DNA from: Halomicrobium mukohataei DSM 12286 | Lineage (GTDB): Archaea; Halobacteriota; Halobacteria; Halobacteriales; Haloarculaceae | Assembly: GCF_000023965.1 (NCBI RefSeq) | Contig: NC_013202.1 | Location: 1,020,001 to 1,052,000 of the forward strand | Direction of reading: 5' to 3' | Length of the DNA stretch: 32,000 nucleotides | Shown here: positions 1 through 7,900 of the stretch, in pieces | Position numbering within the stretch: the stretch's first letter is position 1 | Layout: each line of letters starts with the position of its first letter | Made by a program: the position numbers and the translations under genes | The notes under the pieces: generated by a model | Seen by the model: only the letters and a program-made list of their open reading frames with translations | Told to the model about the DNA's origin: nothing | The model's database searches: none

Positions 1-2
1 CG

Positions 3-71
3 ACCGAAGGCTACGTGAAGGGCACCTTACACCTGGACGTGGCCGGCGAACTCGAACTGCCGGCCCGGTAG
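3..71 (+). CDS. 3' end of an unidentified gene entering from upstream (...TEGYVKGTLHLDVAGELELPAR*)
   Basis: The frame is open from the window edge to TAG at 69-71. Third codon positions are mostly G/C, as in neighbouring genes. It is too short to identify. Confidence 0.3.
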   Translation, partial: TEGYVKGTLHLDVAGELELPAR

Positions 72-241
72 AGAAGTGGCTCGTTACGGCCTGGAACCCG
101 AAAAGCGTGAGCCGGAGAAGACAGATCGGCATATACACAGCTTGCAGTCTTTGGTGCTGGGAATATACCGTGACGATCGATGTTTCGATCTACGAGCCCG
201 TGCAAAAATATTATATCGATATGATACGAACGCCCAGATTG

Positions 242-439
242 ATGTCATCTATCCTGTATAATATGTACGATCCCGACGTTCGAGCATTGTGGACTACCCT
301 ACTGGGTTCAACGTTTATATTGGCGCTATTCCTGGTAAACTTTGACCTCTCCAATCCATATTTTGTGGTTGGTATACTCGTCACTGGTCTCGTTGTCGCG
401 TTTTCGGCTACTATCCTGATCCGGGAAGTAGGCAACTAG
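242..439 (+). CDS. Small two-TM membrane protein (about 65 aa), hypothetical, within an AT-rich patch
   Basis: It is part of track ORF 107..439. There are in-frame ATGs at 221, 242 and 263. An A/T-rich TATA-like stretch (aaaaatattatatcgat, about 203-219) lies roughly 25-35 nt upstream of the ATG at 242. Two hydrophobic segments are present (LLGSTFILALFLV and FVVGILVTGLVVAFSATIL). The start is uncertain. Confidence 0.4.
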   Translation: MSSILYNMYDPDVRALWTTLLGSTFILALFLVNFDLSNPYFVVGILVTGLVVAFSATILIREVGN

Positions 440-536
440 CTGGATCAGTGCAGAATACCCATCTTACAGAAGTTACTCTCTCCCCGGTACAACGCTGTAG
501 AACGCCGTTCCTCGTCGTCATTCCTCTCGAAAGCGC

Positions 537-2264
537 TCAGGACAGCCGCGAGCGAATGGTCTCGGCAGTCCCCGCGCCGACGCCCTCGACGGCCAGCAGC
601 TCCTCCGTCGAGGCCGCCCGAACGTTGTCGACGCTCCCGAAACGCCTGAGCAGTCGCTTGCGGGTCTCGGGACCGACGCCGGGGACCTCGTCCAGCGCCG
701 TCGTGACCTCGTCGCGGACCGTCTGGTGGTACTGGACGGCAAAGCGGTGGGCCTCGTCGCGAACTCGCTGACAGAGGTGGAGCTTCGGGTCGTCGTCGTC
801 CCAGTCGTGCGTGCCAGTGGGAGTCACGACCAGTTCCTCGTCCTTGGCGAGTGCCACGGCCGGCACGTCCCAGCCGGTATCGGCCAGCGCGTCCCGGGCC
901 GCGCCGAGCTGGCCGTCGCCGCCGTCGATCAGGAGGAGGTCGGGGTCGGGGCGGTCGTCCCGGTCCTCGATCGCTCGTTTCGCCCGCCAGCGAACCAGCT
1001 CCCGCATGTTGGCGTAGTCGTCGTTGCGCTCCGTGAGCTTCTTGCGGCGGTAGTCGCGCTTGGCGGCGTCGCCGTCGACGAAAGCGACGTTCGACCCGAC
1101 GACGGCCCGACCCTGCGCGTGGCTCACGTCGAACCCCTCGATCCGATCGGCCGAGTCGAGAGCGAGCGCGTCGGCCAGCGCGGCGGTGTCGTCGCGTGCC
1201 GGCCCGCCACGGCGGGCGTTCTTCAGCGCGAGATCGACGAGTGTCGCCTCTCGGCCCGCACCGGGGACGCGCACGTCGACGCCCTCGCCCGCGAGCCACT
1301 CGACCACGTCCTCGCCGGGGCGTTCCGAGCACAGCACCGCCTCCGGAAACTCGCGCTCGGCATAGTACTGGGTGATAAACGCCGAGAGTACCTCGCCGAC
1401 GCCGTCGCCGTCGGGCGCGTCGAGCCCGTGGCGCTCGCGATCGATCAGCTGGCCGTCGGCGGCGTGCAGGCGGGCGACGGTCGCGCGTTCGCCCTCACGG
1501 ACGGCCCCCAGCACGTCGACGGCCCGTTCGTCGCGGGTCGTCTGGACCGCGTCGTCGGCGTCGCCGTGGAACGCCTCGACGGCTTCGAGCTTGTCCCGGC
1601 AGTTGGCCGCGCGCTCGAACTCCTGGGCCTCCGACGCGGCGGCCATCTCCCGGCGGAGCGGATCGGCCAGCACGCCGGTCTCGCCGCCGAAGAACCGCTC
1701 GACGCTCTCCACGTCTTCGGCGTAGTCGACAGCAGAAATCTCGCCGGTACAGGGCGCGGTACAGAGCCCCATCTCGTAGTCCAGACACGGTCGGTCGCGC
1801 CCCTCGTACTTGTGGTCGGAACACCCCCGCAGCCCGTAGGTCTCGCGCAGGGCCTTGACGACGGTCTCGACCCGGCCTTTGTCGGTGAACGGGCCGTAGA
1901 CGGTCGCGCCCTCCTCTGGATCGCGGGTGACCTCGATCCGGGGCACCGGGTGGTCGGTGAGCTGGACGAGCGGATACGACTTGTCGTCTTTGAGCCGGAC
2001 GTTGTACGGCGGCTGGTGGCGTTTGATCAGGTTCGCCTCCAGCAAGAGCGCCTGCGTCTCCGTGTCGGTGACGCTGAACTCGATCGACTCGGCGCGCTCG
2101 ACCATCTGTGCGATCCGCGCGGACCGCGGATCGGCGTAGGAGCGGACCCGGTCGCGCAGGTCGACGGCCTTGCCGACGTACAGCACGCGGTCGGCGACGA
2201 AGTGGTAGACGCCGGGCTCTCGGGGGAGAACGTCGGCGGCCTCGCGGACCCCGGTCGCGTCCAT
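537..2264 (-). CDS. uvrC: Excinuclease ABC subunit C (UvrC)
   Basis: 575-aa ORF with ATG at 2264-2262. N-terminal GIY-YIG region (PGVYHFV...LYVGKA...RVRSY), a UvrB-interacting/Cys-rich middle region, and a C-terminal helix-hairpin-helix region ([21 protein letters not shown]). Confidence 0.95.
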   Translation of the reverse strand: MDATGVREAADVLPREPGVYHFVADRVLYVGKAVDLRDRVRSYADPRSARIAQMVERAESIEFSVTDTETQALLLEANLIKRHQPPYNVRLKDDKSYPLVQLTDHPVPRIEVTRDPEEGATVYGPFTDKGRVETVVKALRETYGLRGCSDHKYEGRDRPCLDYEMGLCTAPCTGEISAVDYAEDVESVERFFGGETGVLADPLRREMAAASEAQEFERAANCRDKLEAVEAFHGDADDAVQTTRDERAVDVLGAVREGERATVARLHAADGQLIDRERHGLDAPDGDGVGEVLSAFITQYYAEREFPEAVLCSERPGEDVVEWLAGEGVDVRVPGAGREATLVDLALKNARRGGPARDDTAALADALALDSADRIEGFDVSHAQGRAVVGSNVAFVDGDAAKRDYRRKKLTERNDDYANMRELVRWRAKRAIEDRDDRPDPDLLLIDGGDGQLGAARDALADTGWDVPAVALAKDEELVVTPTGTHDWDDDDPKLHLCQRVRDEAHRFAVQYHQTVRDEVTTALDEVPGVGPETRKRLLRRFGSVDNVRAASTEELLAVEGVGAGTAETIRSRLS

Positions 2265-2314
2265 CGCGGTGTCGTTGGCACTGGGCGGCTTTGAACGTCA
2301 CGCACCGGGACCAG

Positions 2315-2322
2315 ATTTATCA
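2315..2322 (+). promoter_or_regulatory. TATA-like box upstream of the permease gene
   Basis: The sequence atttatca is centred about 28 nt upstream of the ATG at 2346, the spacing expected for a leaderless haloarchaeal transcript. It lies in the uvrC/permease divergent spacer. Confidence 0.3.
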
Positions 2323-2345
2323 GCCATCTGGGAGACAATCCACGT

Positions 2346-3773
2346 ATGGGCCAGCCTGGTTCCGGAGACGAGGCGAGCGGTGTAAACGTCGACGGGGAGT
2401 CACCGACGGCACCACCGGAGCGAGTGACCGACGAGACGACGGTCCACGACGACGCCGAACTGGAGCGGACGATCGGTCTCGTCGGCGGACTCGCCATCGG
2501 GATCGGGACCATGATCGGCGCGGGGATCTTCGTCTTTCCCGGGCTCGCAGCCCAGAACGCCGGGCTGGCGGCCACGCTCTCTTTTGCCATCGGCGGCGTC
2601 GTCGCGTTGCTGGTGGCGCTGCCGGCCTCGGAGCTGGCCACGGCGATGCCCCGAAGCGGAGGGGGCTACTACTTCATCTCCCGGGGGCTCGGGACCGCCT
2701 ACGGTTCGGTCGTCGGACTGGGGCTGTGGCTCGGGCTGGTGTTTGCCTCGGCGTTTTACCTCGTCGGTCTCGGCCACTACGCGACTGCCGTACTCGCGGA
2801 GGTCGGCGTCGCTCTGTCTGTCAGTCCGGTCGTCCCGATCGGGCTGGTGTTCGCCGTGGCACTGACCGCACTGAGCATCGGGGGAACGGAGAACACGGCC
2901 ACGCTCCAGAACGCCGTGGTCGGGATCTTGCTCGTCGTGTTGACGGTGTTTCTCTCCTACGGCGTCCTCGACGCCGTCGGCGTCTTCGGCAGGCAGAGCG
3001 CGCCAGAGCAGTTCTTCTCGCAGGGCGTCTTGCCGGTGTTCTCGACGGCCGCCCTCGTGTTCACGTCGTACCTGGGCTTCGCACAGGTCGCGACCGTCGC
3101 GGGAGAGATCAAGCAACCGGGGCGGAACCTCCCGATCGCGATGGTCGGCTCGGTGCTGGTCGTCACCGTCTTCTACGTGGTGACGATCTTCGTCGCGACG
3201 AGCGCGTTCGGGGCCGACCAGTTGGGCCGATTCGGGGAGACGGCGATGGTCGAAGTCGCTCGCGACTTCCTCGGCGTTCCCGGTGCGGTCGCGATCCTCT
3301 TTGCCGGCCTGCTGGCGACGTTTTCGAGCGCGAACGCCTCGATCCTCAGCGCCTCGCGGGCTGTCTACGCACTGAGCCGGGACGCGCTGTTGCCCCGCAA
3401 GGCCAGCGAGATCAACCTCCGGTACGGAACGCCCCACGTGGCGCTGCTGTCTGCCGGCGGCCCAATCCTCGTCCTCGTCGCGACCGGACAGGTGGAGCTC
3501 CTGGCGGAAGTCGCCTCGTTCCTCCACCTCGTCATGTACGCGTTGCTGTGTGTTGCACTCCTCGTGTTGCGACGGCGAGACCCGTCCTGGTACACCCCCA
3601 GCTACACGGTCCCCGGCTACCCGGTCGTGCCGGCACTCGGTGCGGTCGCCAGCGTCGCGCTGATCGCGTTCATGCAGGTGGCGTCGATCGCGATCGGCCT
3701 CGCGATCATGGCGGTCGCGTACGGCTGGTACCGGTACTACGCCGGTGACGTATCCCTCAAAGGAGCTGTCTAA
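2346..3773 (+). CDS. APC-superfamily amino acid permease
   Basis: 475 aa with about 12 predicted TM helices. N-terminal motifs are typical of amino-acid/polyamine/organocation transporters ([30 protein letters not shown]). Confidence 0.9.
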   Translation: MGQPGSGDEASGVNVDGESPTAPPERVTDETTVHDDAELERTIGLVGGLAIGIGTMIGAGIFVFPGLAAQNAGLAATLSFAIGGVVALLVALPASELATAMPRSGGGYYFISRGLGTAYGSVVGLGLWLGLVFASAFYLVGLGHYATAVLAEVGVALSVSPVVPIGLVFAVALTALSIGGTENTATLQNAVVGILLVVLTVFLSYGVLDAVGVFGRQSAPEQFFSQGVLPVFSTAALVFTSYLGFAQVATVAGEIKQPGRNLPIAMVGSVLVVTVFYVVTIFVATSAFGADQLGRFGETAMVEVARDFLGVPGAVAILFAGLLATFSSANASILSASRAVYALSRDALLPRKASEINLRYGTPHVALLSAGGPILVLVATGQVELLAEVASFLHLVMYALLCVALLVLRRRDPSWYTPSYTVPGYPVVPALGAVASVALIAFMQVASIAIGLAIMAVAYGWYRYYAGDVSLKGAV

Positions 3774-3774
3774 C

Positions 3775-4500
3775 ATGAACGGACCACCAGTACTCGTCCC
3801 GATCCGCGTCCTGGACGGCGAACCGATTCCCGACGGCGTGCCCGAGCTGCTCGCGAACGCCCACGTCGTGTTGCTTGGCTACCACGTCGTCCCCGAACAG
3901 ACCGCACCGGGACAGGCCCGGCTGCAGTTCGAGGAGCGGGCGACCGAGCGCCTCGACGAGTTCGAGTCGCTGTTCGAGCGTACCGGCGCGACCACCGAGC
4001 GACGGCTCGTCTTCACCCACGACGGCCAGCAGACGATCGATCGAACGATAGCGGAACACGACTGTCTGGCCGTCCTCGTCCCGAACTCGACGCAGCCGCC
4101 CGAAGACGTGCTCGTCGCGGTCCGAGGGACGGTCGGCGTCGACCGCCTCGTCCGCGTCGTCGCCGGGCTGTTCGCGGAGAGCGAGGTCGGCGTGACGCTG
4201 TATCACGTCGCGGCCGACGGGGAGACCGACGAGGACAGCCAGACGCTGCTGGACGGACTCACCGACCGGCTGGCAGAGCAGGGCGTCGAGCCGTCGCGCC
4301 TCGAAACGGCGGTCGACCGCGACGCGTCGCCACTGGACGCGATCGTCGAGACGGCCGCCGAGTTCGACGCCGTCGTCATGGGCGAGTCCGACCCGTCACT
4401 CTCGACGTTCGTGTTCGGGATGCCGACCGACCAGGTCGCCGAGCGGTTCCTCGGCCCGGTCCTCGTCGTCCAGCGCAGCCCCGAGTCGGAGGATCGGTGA
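3775..4500 (+). CDS. Tandem universal stress protein (UspA-like) domain protein
   Basis: The ATG at 3775 is one nucleotide after the permease TAA (3771-3773), in the frame of track ORF 3745..4500. It has two Usp-like halves (VLVPI...LLGYHVV... and VLVAVRGTVGVDRL...AVVMGES...GPVLVVQR). The protein is acidic. Confidence 0.75.
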   Translation: MNGPPVLVPIRVLDGEPIPDGVPELLANAHVVLLGYHVVPEQTAPGQARLQFEERATERLDEFESLFERTGATTERRLVFTHDGQQTIDRTIAEHDCLAVLVPNSTQPPEDVLVAVRGTVGVDRLVRVVAGLFAESEVGVTLYHVAADGETDEDSQTLLDGLTDRLAEQGVEPSRLETAVDRDASPLDAIVETAAEFDAVVMGESDPSLSTFVFGMPTDQVAERFLGPVLVVQRSPESEDR

Positions 4501-4513
4501 CGCCCGGCGTGGA

Positions 4514-5092
4514 TCACGACTCGCGCGGGAGAATCACGGATTCCAGTCGCGCGGCGACCTCGGCAGCGTCTTCCGGCGCTGGCAGCCGCAGGTCCGCCTC
4601 GTCGCCGGCCACGGAGACGACGAGTTCGGCCTCGCGCGACCAGGCGTAGACGCCCAGCACGACCGCTCCGAACAGCAGTGCCAGGGCACCGAAAAGCGTC
4701 AGTAACTCGTCTAGCTGGGCCATCAGCGAGAGGAACGTCTGGAGCAGTCCCAACATGCCCCCCATCCCGACCTGTCCCGCGCTGGCCCCGATCTCGATGC
4801 CCTCGACCATCGAGTCGAGGCTCACGGTCTGGCCGGCGATCAGCAACACGCCACCCACGACGAGGGCCTTGATCGCCCGCTGGAGGAAGGCCCACTCGCC
4901 GCTGGTCTCGGCGGCGACGCCGACGACGTTCGGTCGATCCACGTCCCGGAAGTTCGCGCCCTCGCCGCCCGGCGTGAACACGAGCACGCGGTGGGACGTG
5001 ACCACGACGCCCCCCTCCCCGATCCGGACCCGCTCGATGGACTCTTCCCCGTCGTACAGGAGTTCGTCGGCCCGGTCGAGCCAGCCAGTCAT
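4514..5092 (-). CDS. Membrane protein with N-terminal PH-like (bPH/GRAM-like) domain and C-terminal TM helices
   Basis: I used the internal ATG at 5092-5090 of track ORF 4514..5716 (MTGWLDRADELLYDGEESIERVRIGEGGVVVTSHRVLVF...). Upstream of that ATG the ORF becomes non-acidic and Cys/Ser-rich and runs antisense to a better + strand gene. Confidence 0.6.
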   Translation of the reverse strand: MTGWLDRADELLYDGEESIERVRIGEGGVVVTSHRVLVFTPGGEGANFRDVDRPNVVGVAAETSGEWAFLQRAIKALVVGGVLLIAGQTVSLDSMVEGIEIGASAGQVGMGGMLGLLQTFLSLMAQLDELLTLFGALALLFGAVVLGVYAWSREAELVVSVAGDEADLRLPAPEDAAEVAARLESVILPRES

Positions 5093-5359
5093 TGCCGGCC
5101 GTTTGCGAGCCCCCGGTATGAATCTGCTGGCGGGAGTACCAGAATCGAGAACGGGAGTCGTGATCGATCGAGCACTGTCACCGAACCCCACCTGTCTGTA
5201 CAGGAGACAGGTCAGCGTCTCGACTGGGCAGTCTTTAAATAGCTCGCCGCACAGATGCGTCGTATGATCAATCCGGACCGGCCTGTAGCCGACGCCGACA
5301 GCGCCGGAGCGTGCGAAACTACCGGATCCATCGACGAGAGGACGTTCGAAAGCGAAGGA

Positions 5360-5368
5360 CATATCAAA
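5360..5368 (+). promoter_or_regulatory. TATA-like box upstream of the 5391 gene
   Basis: The sequence catatcaaa is centred about 27 nt upstream of the ATG at 5391. Confidence 0.3.
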
Positions 5369-5390
5369 CATAGCGCAATAGGTCAGGATA

Positions 5391-5735
5391 ATGCTGAGTA
5401 GTGCCGGTGACGACACTCGCCCGTCGAAACGACAGGGGGACGACGGGAACGACACGGTCGACGACGAGTTCGAGTCGCAGTACGAAGCGATGGACGGCGA
5501 CGAATTCTTCCAGCTTTTGACCGAAGAGACGGCCAAGAGCGCCGGGATCGAAGTCGAGGAACTCGCCGAGATGCCGATCCACGAGTTCGAAGAGCGATCC
5601 GACATCGAGATCACGAAGCCACACCACCCCAACGGTGCCAGAGAGGGGTACAAGGACACCGACCGGCTCGACGTGGTCGACAGGTCCGAGTACCGGTCAC
5701 GTCGAGAGCGAATCAAGCAACGGCTGGGTCTCTAG
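5391..5735 (+). CDS. Hypothetical highly acidic soluble protein (114 aa)
   Basis: ATG start and a strongly acidic composition (DDEFESQYEAMDGDEFFQLLTEE...). It ends 12 nt before the next gene on the same strand. I recognise no family. Confidence 0.55.
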   Translation: MLSSAGDDTRPSKRQGDDGNDTVDDEFESQYEAMDGDEFFQLLTEETAKSAGIEVEELAEMPIHEFEERSDIEITKPHHPNGAREGYKDTDRLDVVDRSEYRSRRERIKQRLGL

Positions 5736-5747
5736 CTCCGTCAGCGC

Positions 5748-6410
5748 ATGGAGGACCGCCAGTCACCACTCGACAGGAGCGATCTCGACGATCTGCGCAA
5801 CAGCGTCGTCGACGACCCCGAGACTGAAGCGGAGATTCTGACCGAGCTCGAACGCCTCCTCGGAGAGCCCTACGAGCGGGCAAAGCGGACACACATCTGG
5901 GCCGAAGAGGAGCGCGGTGAACACAACTGGGTCGCGATGACGAACTTTCGGGACGCACTGGACCACATGAGCAAGATCTTCAACGATCTGGAACAGGACG
6001 ACATCGACGGGGCCAGAGAGAACCTCGGCGAGATGGAAGCACACATCCAGCGTGCCGCGTTCGACAGCGCACAGTCCGTTCCCGACAAGAAGCTCGACCA
6101 GTACTTCAACGAGCGGGTGCCACCGACGCTGTACACGATCACCCGACTGGACGCCCCGAGCAAGGCAGAGAGCGAGCGCCGCCTCCAGACCATCCGTGAG
6201 CAGATGGTCAAAGGACGCGAAAAGAAGGCCAAGTCGATGGAAGAGAGCGTGAAAGCGTTCAAAGTCGCCGACGACCACATCTCGAAGCTACTGCAAGGGC
6301 TCCCCTCGCGGCGGGAAGTGCAGTACCGGCTCATCATCCTCGGCGGCGTCTTCGTGTCGGTCGTGGCGCTGCTGTTGACGATCGCCTCGTTCAACGTCGG
6401 CGTCCTGTGA
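5748..6410 (+). CDS. Hypothetical helical protein with a single C-terminal TM anchor (220 aa); contains an R-D-A-L-D-H motif
   Basis: ATG at 5748. The predicted soluble helical body is acidic. The C-terminal hydrophobic segment YRLIILGGVFVSVVALLLTIASF is followed by only 5 residues. A large hairpin follows the stop codon. Confidence 0.6.
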   Translation: MEDRQSPLDRSDLDDLRNSVVDDPETEAEILTELERLLGEPYERAKRTHIWAEEERGEHNWVAMTNFRDALDHMSKIFNDLEQDDIDGARENLGEMEAHIQRAAFDSAQSVPDKKLDQYFNERVPPTLYTITRLDAPSKAESERRLQTIREQMVKGREKKAKSMEESVKAFKVADDHISKLLQGLPSRREVQYRLIILGGVFVSVVALLLTIASFNVGVL

Positions 6411-6418
6411 TACGGACG

Positions 6419-6482
6419 GTTGTAGGCGTTTACCCAGTCGACCGCACGACGGCGTGCGGTCGATCTGGTAAAGACCTACAAC
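6419..6482 (+). terminator. 64-nt imperfect hairpin immediately 3' of the 5748..6410 gene (possible terminator or RNA element)
   Basis: The arms are gttgtaggcgtttacccagtcgaccgcac and gtgcggtcgatctggtaaagacctacaac, about 24 of 29 positions complementary around a short acggc centre. The element starts 9 nt after the stop codon. Confidence 0.4.
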
Positions 6483-6541
6483 TTTCCGTATGAGGCCGCC
6501 GGACCCACAGGCCCTAAACCGTCGGCGTCGAAGGGAGCGTA

Positions 6542-6805
6542 ATGACCGAGACCGTGCAGTGCTGGCTCGTCGAACGGGACTACTGGGACAAGAACCTCGT
6601 GACGCTGGTGTACGCGACGCCGGACGGCGAGCGCGCACAGACGAGTCAGCGCTCGACGACGATGTTGCGCCAGCAGCCACCAACCGCGGCCACGGAGGTC
6701 CCGGTCGAGGACCTAGAGCCCGTCGAAGACAGCGACGACCGCGAGCGGTACGCCCGCGAGGTCGAGCGCGTCCGCGAGCAGTTTGCGCCCGACGACAAAA
6801 TATAG
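6542..6805 (+). CDS. Hypothetical small acidic protein (87 aa)
   Basis: ATG at 6542 is preceded by a purine-rich aagggagcgta. The C-terminus is acidic (VEDLEPVEDSDDRERYAREVERVREQF). No family recognised. Confidence 0.5.
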   Translation: MTETVQCWLVERDYWDKNLVTLVYATPDGERAQTSQRSTTMLRQQPPTAATEVPVEDLEPVEDSDDRERYAREVERVREQFAPDDKI

Positions 6806-6868
6806 CCGGCAGTACGAGTCGAACACGCGATACCCACCAGCCGAGCAGTTCGAGCGGGACCGGCAGCG

Positions 6869-7063
6869 TCAATCGATATATCGGCGCGGCTCGGTCTCGT
6901 CGCCGCCGTCGACGGCGATCCGCTGTGTCGGTTTGAGATAGGTGACCCGGACGTGGCCCGCCGTCGCCAGCGGCTCGACGCTGACGTTGCTGGCCTCGTC
7001 GGGAATGTCGACCTGCTCTCCGTCCGTTCTGACTTCGGACACGATGCGATAGTGCTGTGACAT
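6869..7063 (-). CDS. Hypothetical small protein (64 aa)
   Basis: I used the internal ATG at 7063-7061 of track ORF 6869..7114 (MSQHYRIVSEVRTDGEQVDIPDEASNVSVEPL...). It is acidic and convergent with the 6542 gene. Confidence 0.45.
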   Translation of the reverse strand: MSQHYRIVSEVRTDGEQVDIPDEASNVSVEPLATAGHVRVTYLKPTQRIAVDGGDETEPRRYID

Positions 7064-7311
7064 GGTTCGACAGTGTCCGTGTGCGACCGGTTCACGCACG
7101 GCGCTCTTACACACGGCTTACTCGGTGGGTTAGAAAAGGATTTCGCCTGATGCGCGAACACGAACGGATCCCGGCGACGGCACGCCCGTCGCCGGTAAGA
7201 ACGGCTTATACTGCCGGCCGTGACTGTTTCGAGATATTCGCGACCACGGGGTCGCGATATTCTTCACAGAGTACAGCCGGCAGTATTACAGCGTGTTTGC
7301 GGACCGCTCGG

Positions 7312-7893
7312 CTACTGGAAGCCGATGCGGTGGTGGTTATCGCGTGCCTGCTCGGATTTGGGCAGCGTGATCCGACAGACGCCGGCTTCGTGTTTCGCCT
7401 TCGCCGCCTCGATGTTCGCCTCGACCGGCAACTGGAGGTAGCGCTCGAAGCGGGTCGGGCGCTCCTGGGTGAGCAGCGTCTCGTCGTCGTCGATCGAGAG
7501 GGTGCGGCTGGCGGCGATCCGCAGCACGTCGTCGTCGACGTCGAGCTGGATGTCGTCCTCGTCGAACCCCGCCATGTCGACCAGCACGAGCAGCTCGTCT
7601 GGCGTCTCTAGCACGTCGACCGGCGGCTGCTGTGTCGAGATCTGTGTCGACGTTACCGCCGCCCGTGTCGGTTGCTGTCCCTGAATGGACTGCATACCGG
7701 CGGATTGCTGGCTCGCCTGTGCGGGCTGCTGGACGCCTGTCTGCGTCGCGCTCCAGCCCTGCTGGGCCGCGCCGGTCGCGGCCTGTGAGAGTTGCCGGGC
7801 GTCGGTCACGTCGGGCACAGTTCCCTGGGCGACGCGCTGTGGTGACTGGACGGACCGCCACTGAGGAACCGCCTGATAGGGTTGCCGAGACAT
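7312..7893 (-). CDS. Hsp20/alpha-crystallin family small heat-shock protein with a Gln-rich N-terminal extension
   Basis: ATG at 7893-7891. The C-terminal roughly 100 aa form a typical alpha-crystallin domain (PPVDVLETPDELLVLVDMAGFDEDDIQLDVDDDVLRIAASR...ERPTRFERYLQLPVEANIEAAKAKHEAGVCRITLPK). The first roughly 90 aa are Q/A/S/T-rich and of low complexity. Confidence 0.85.
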   Translation of the reverse strand: MSRQPYQAVPQWRSVQSPQRVAQGTVPDVTDARQLSQAATGAAQQGWSATQTGVQQPAQASQQSAGMQSIQGQQPTRAAVTSTQISTQQPPVDVLETPDELLVLVDMAGFDEDDIQLDVDDDVLRIAASRTLSIDDDETLLTQERPTRFERYLQLPVEANIEAAKAKHEAGVCRITLPKSEQARDNHHRIGFQ

Positions 7894-7900
7894 CGTGTCG

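Noticed and set aside
445-2301. Several long ORFs overlapping uvrC (445..1332 -, 726..2294 +, 1495..2301 -, 2108..3748 +).
   Set aside because: They are alternative or antisense frames of uvrC and the permease. They are extremely basic and Arg/Pro-rich, unlike the acidic proteome, and show no recognisable motifs.
5093-5716. N-terminal 208-aa extension of ORF 4514..5716 (minus strand).
   Set aside because: The extension is Ser/Cys-rich and non-acidic, and it overlaps the better-supported + strand gene 5391..5735 in antisense. A clean ATG at 5092 begins the conserved-looking PH-like domain.
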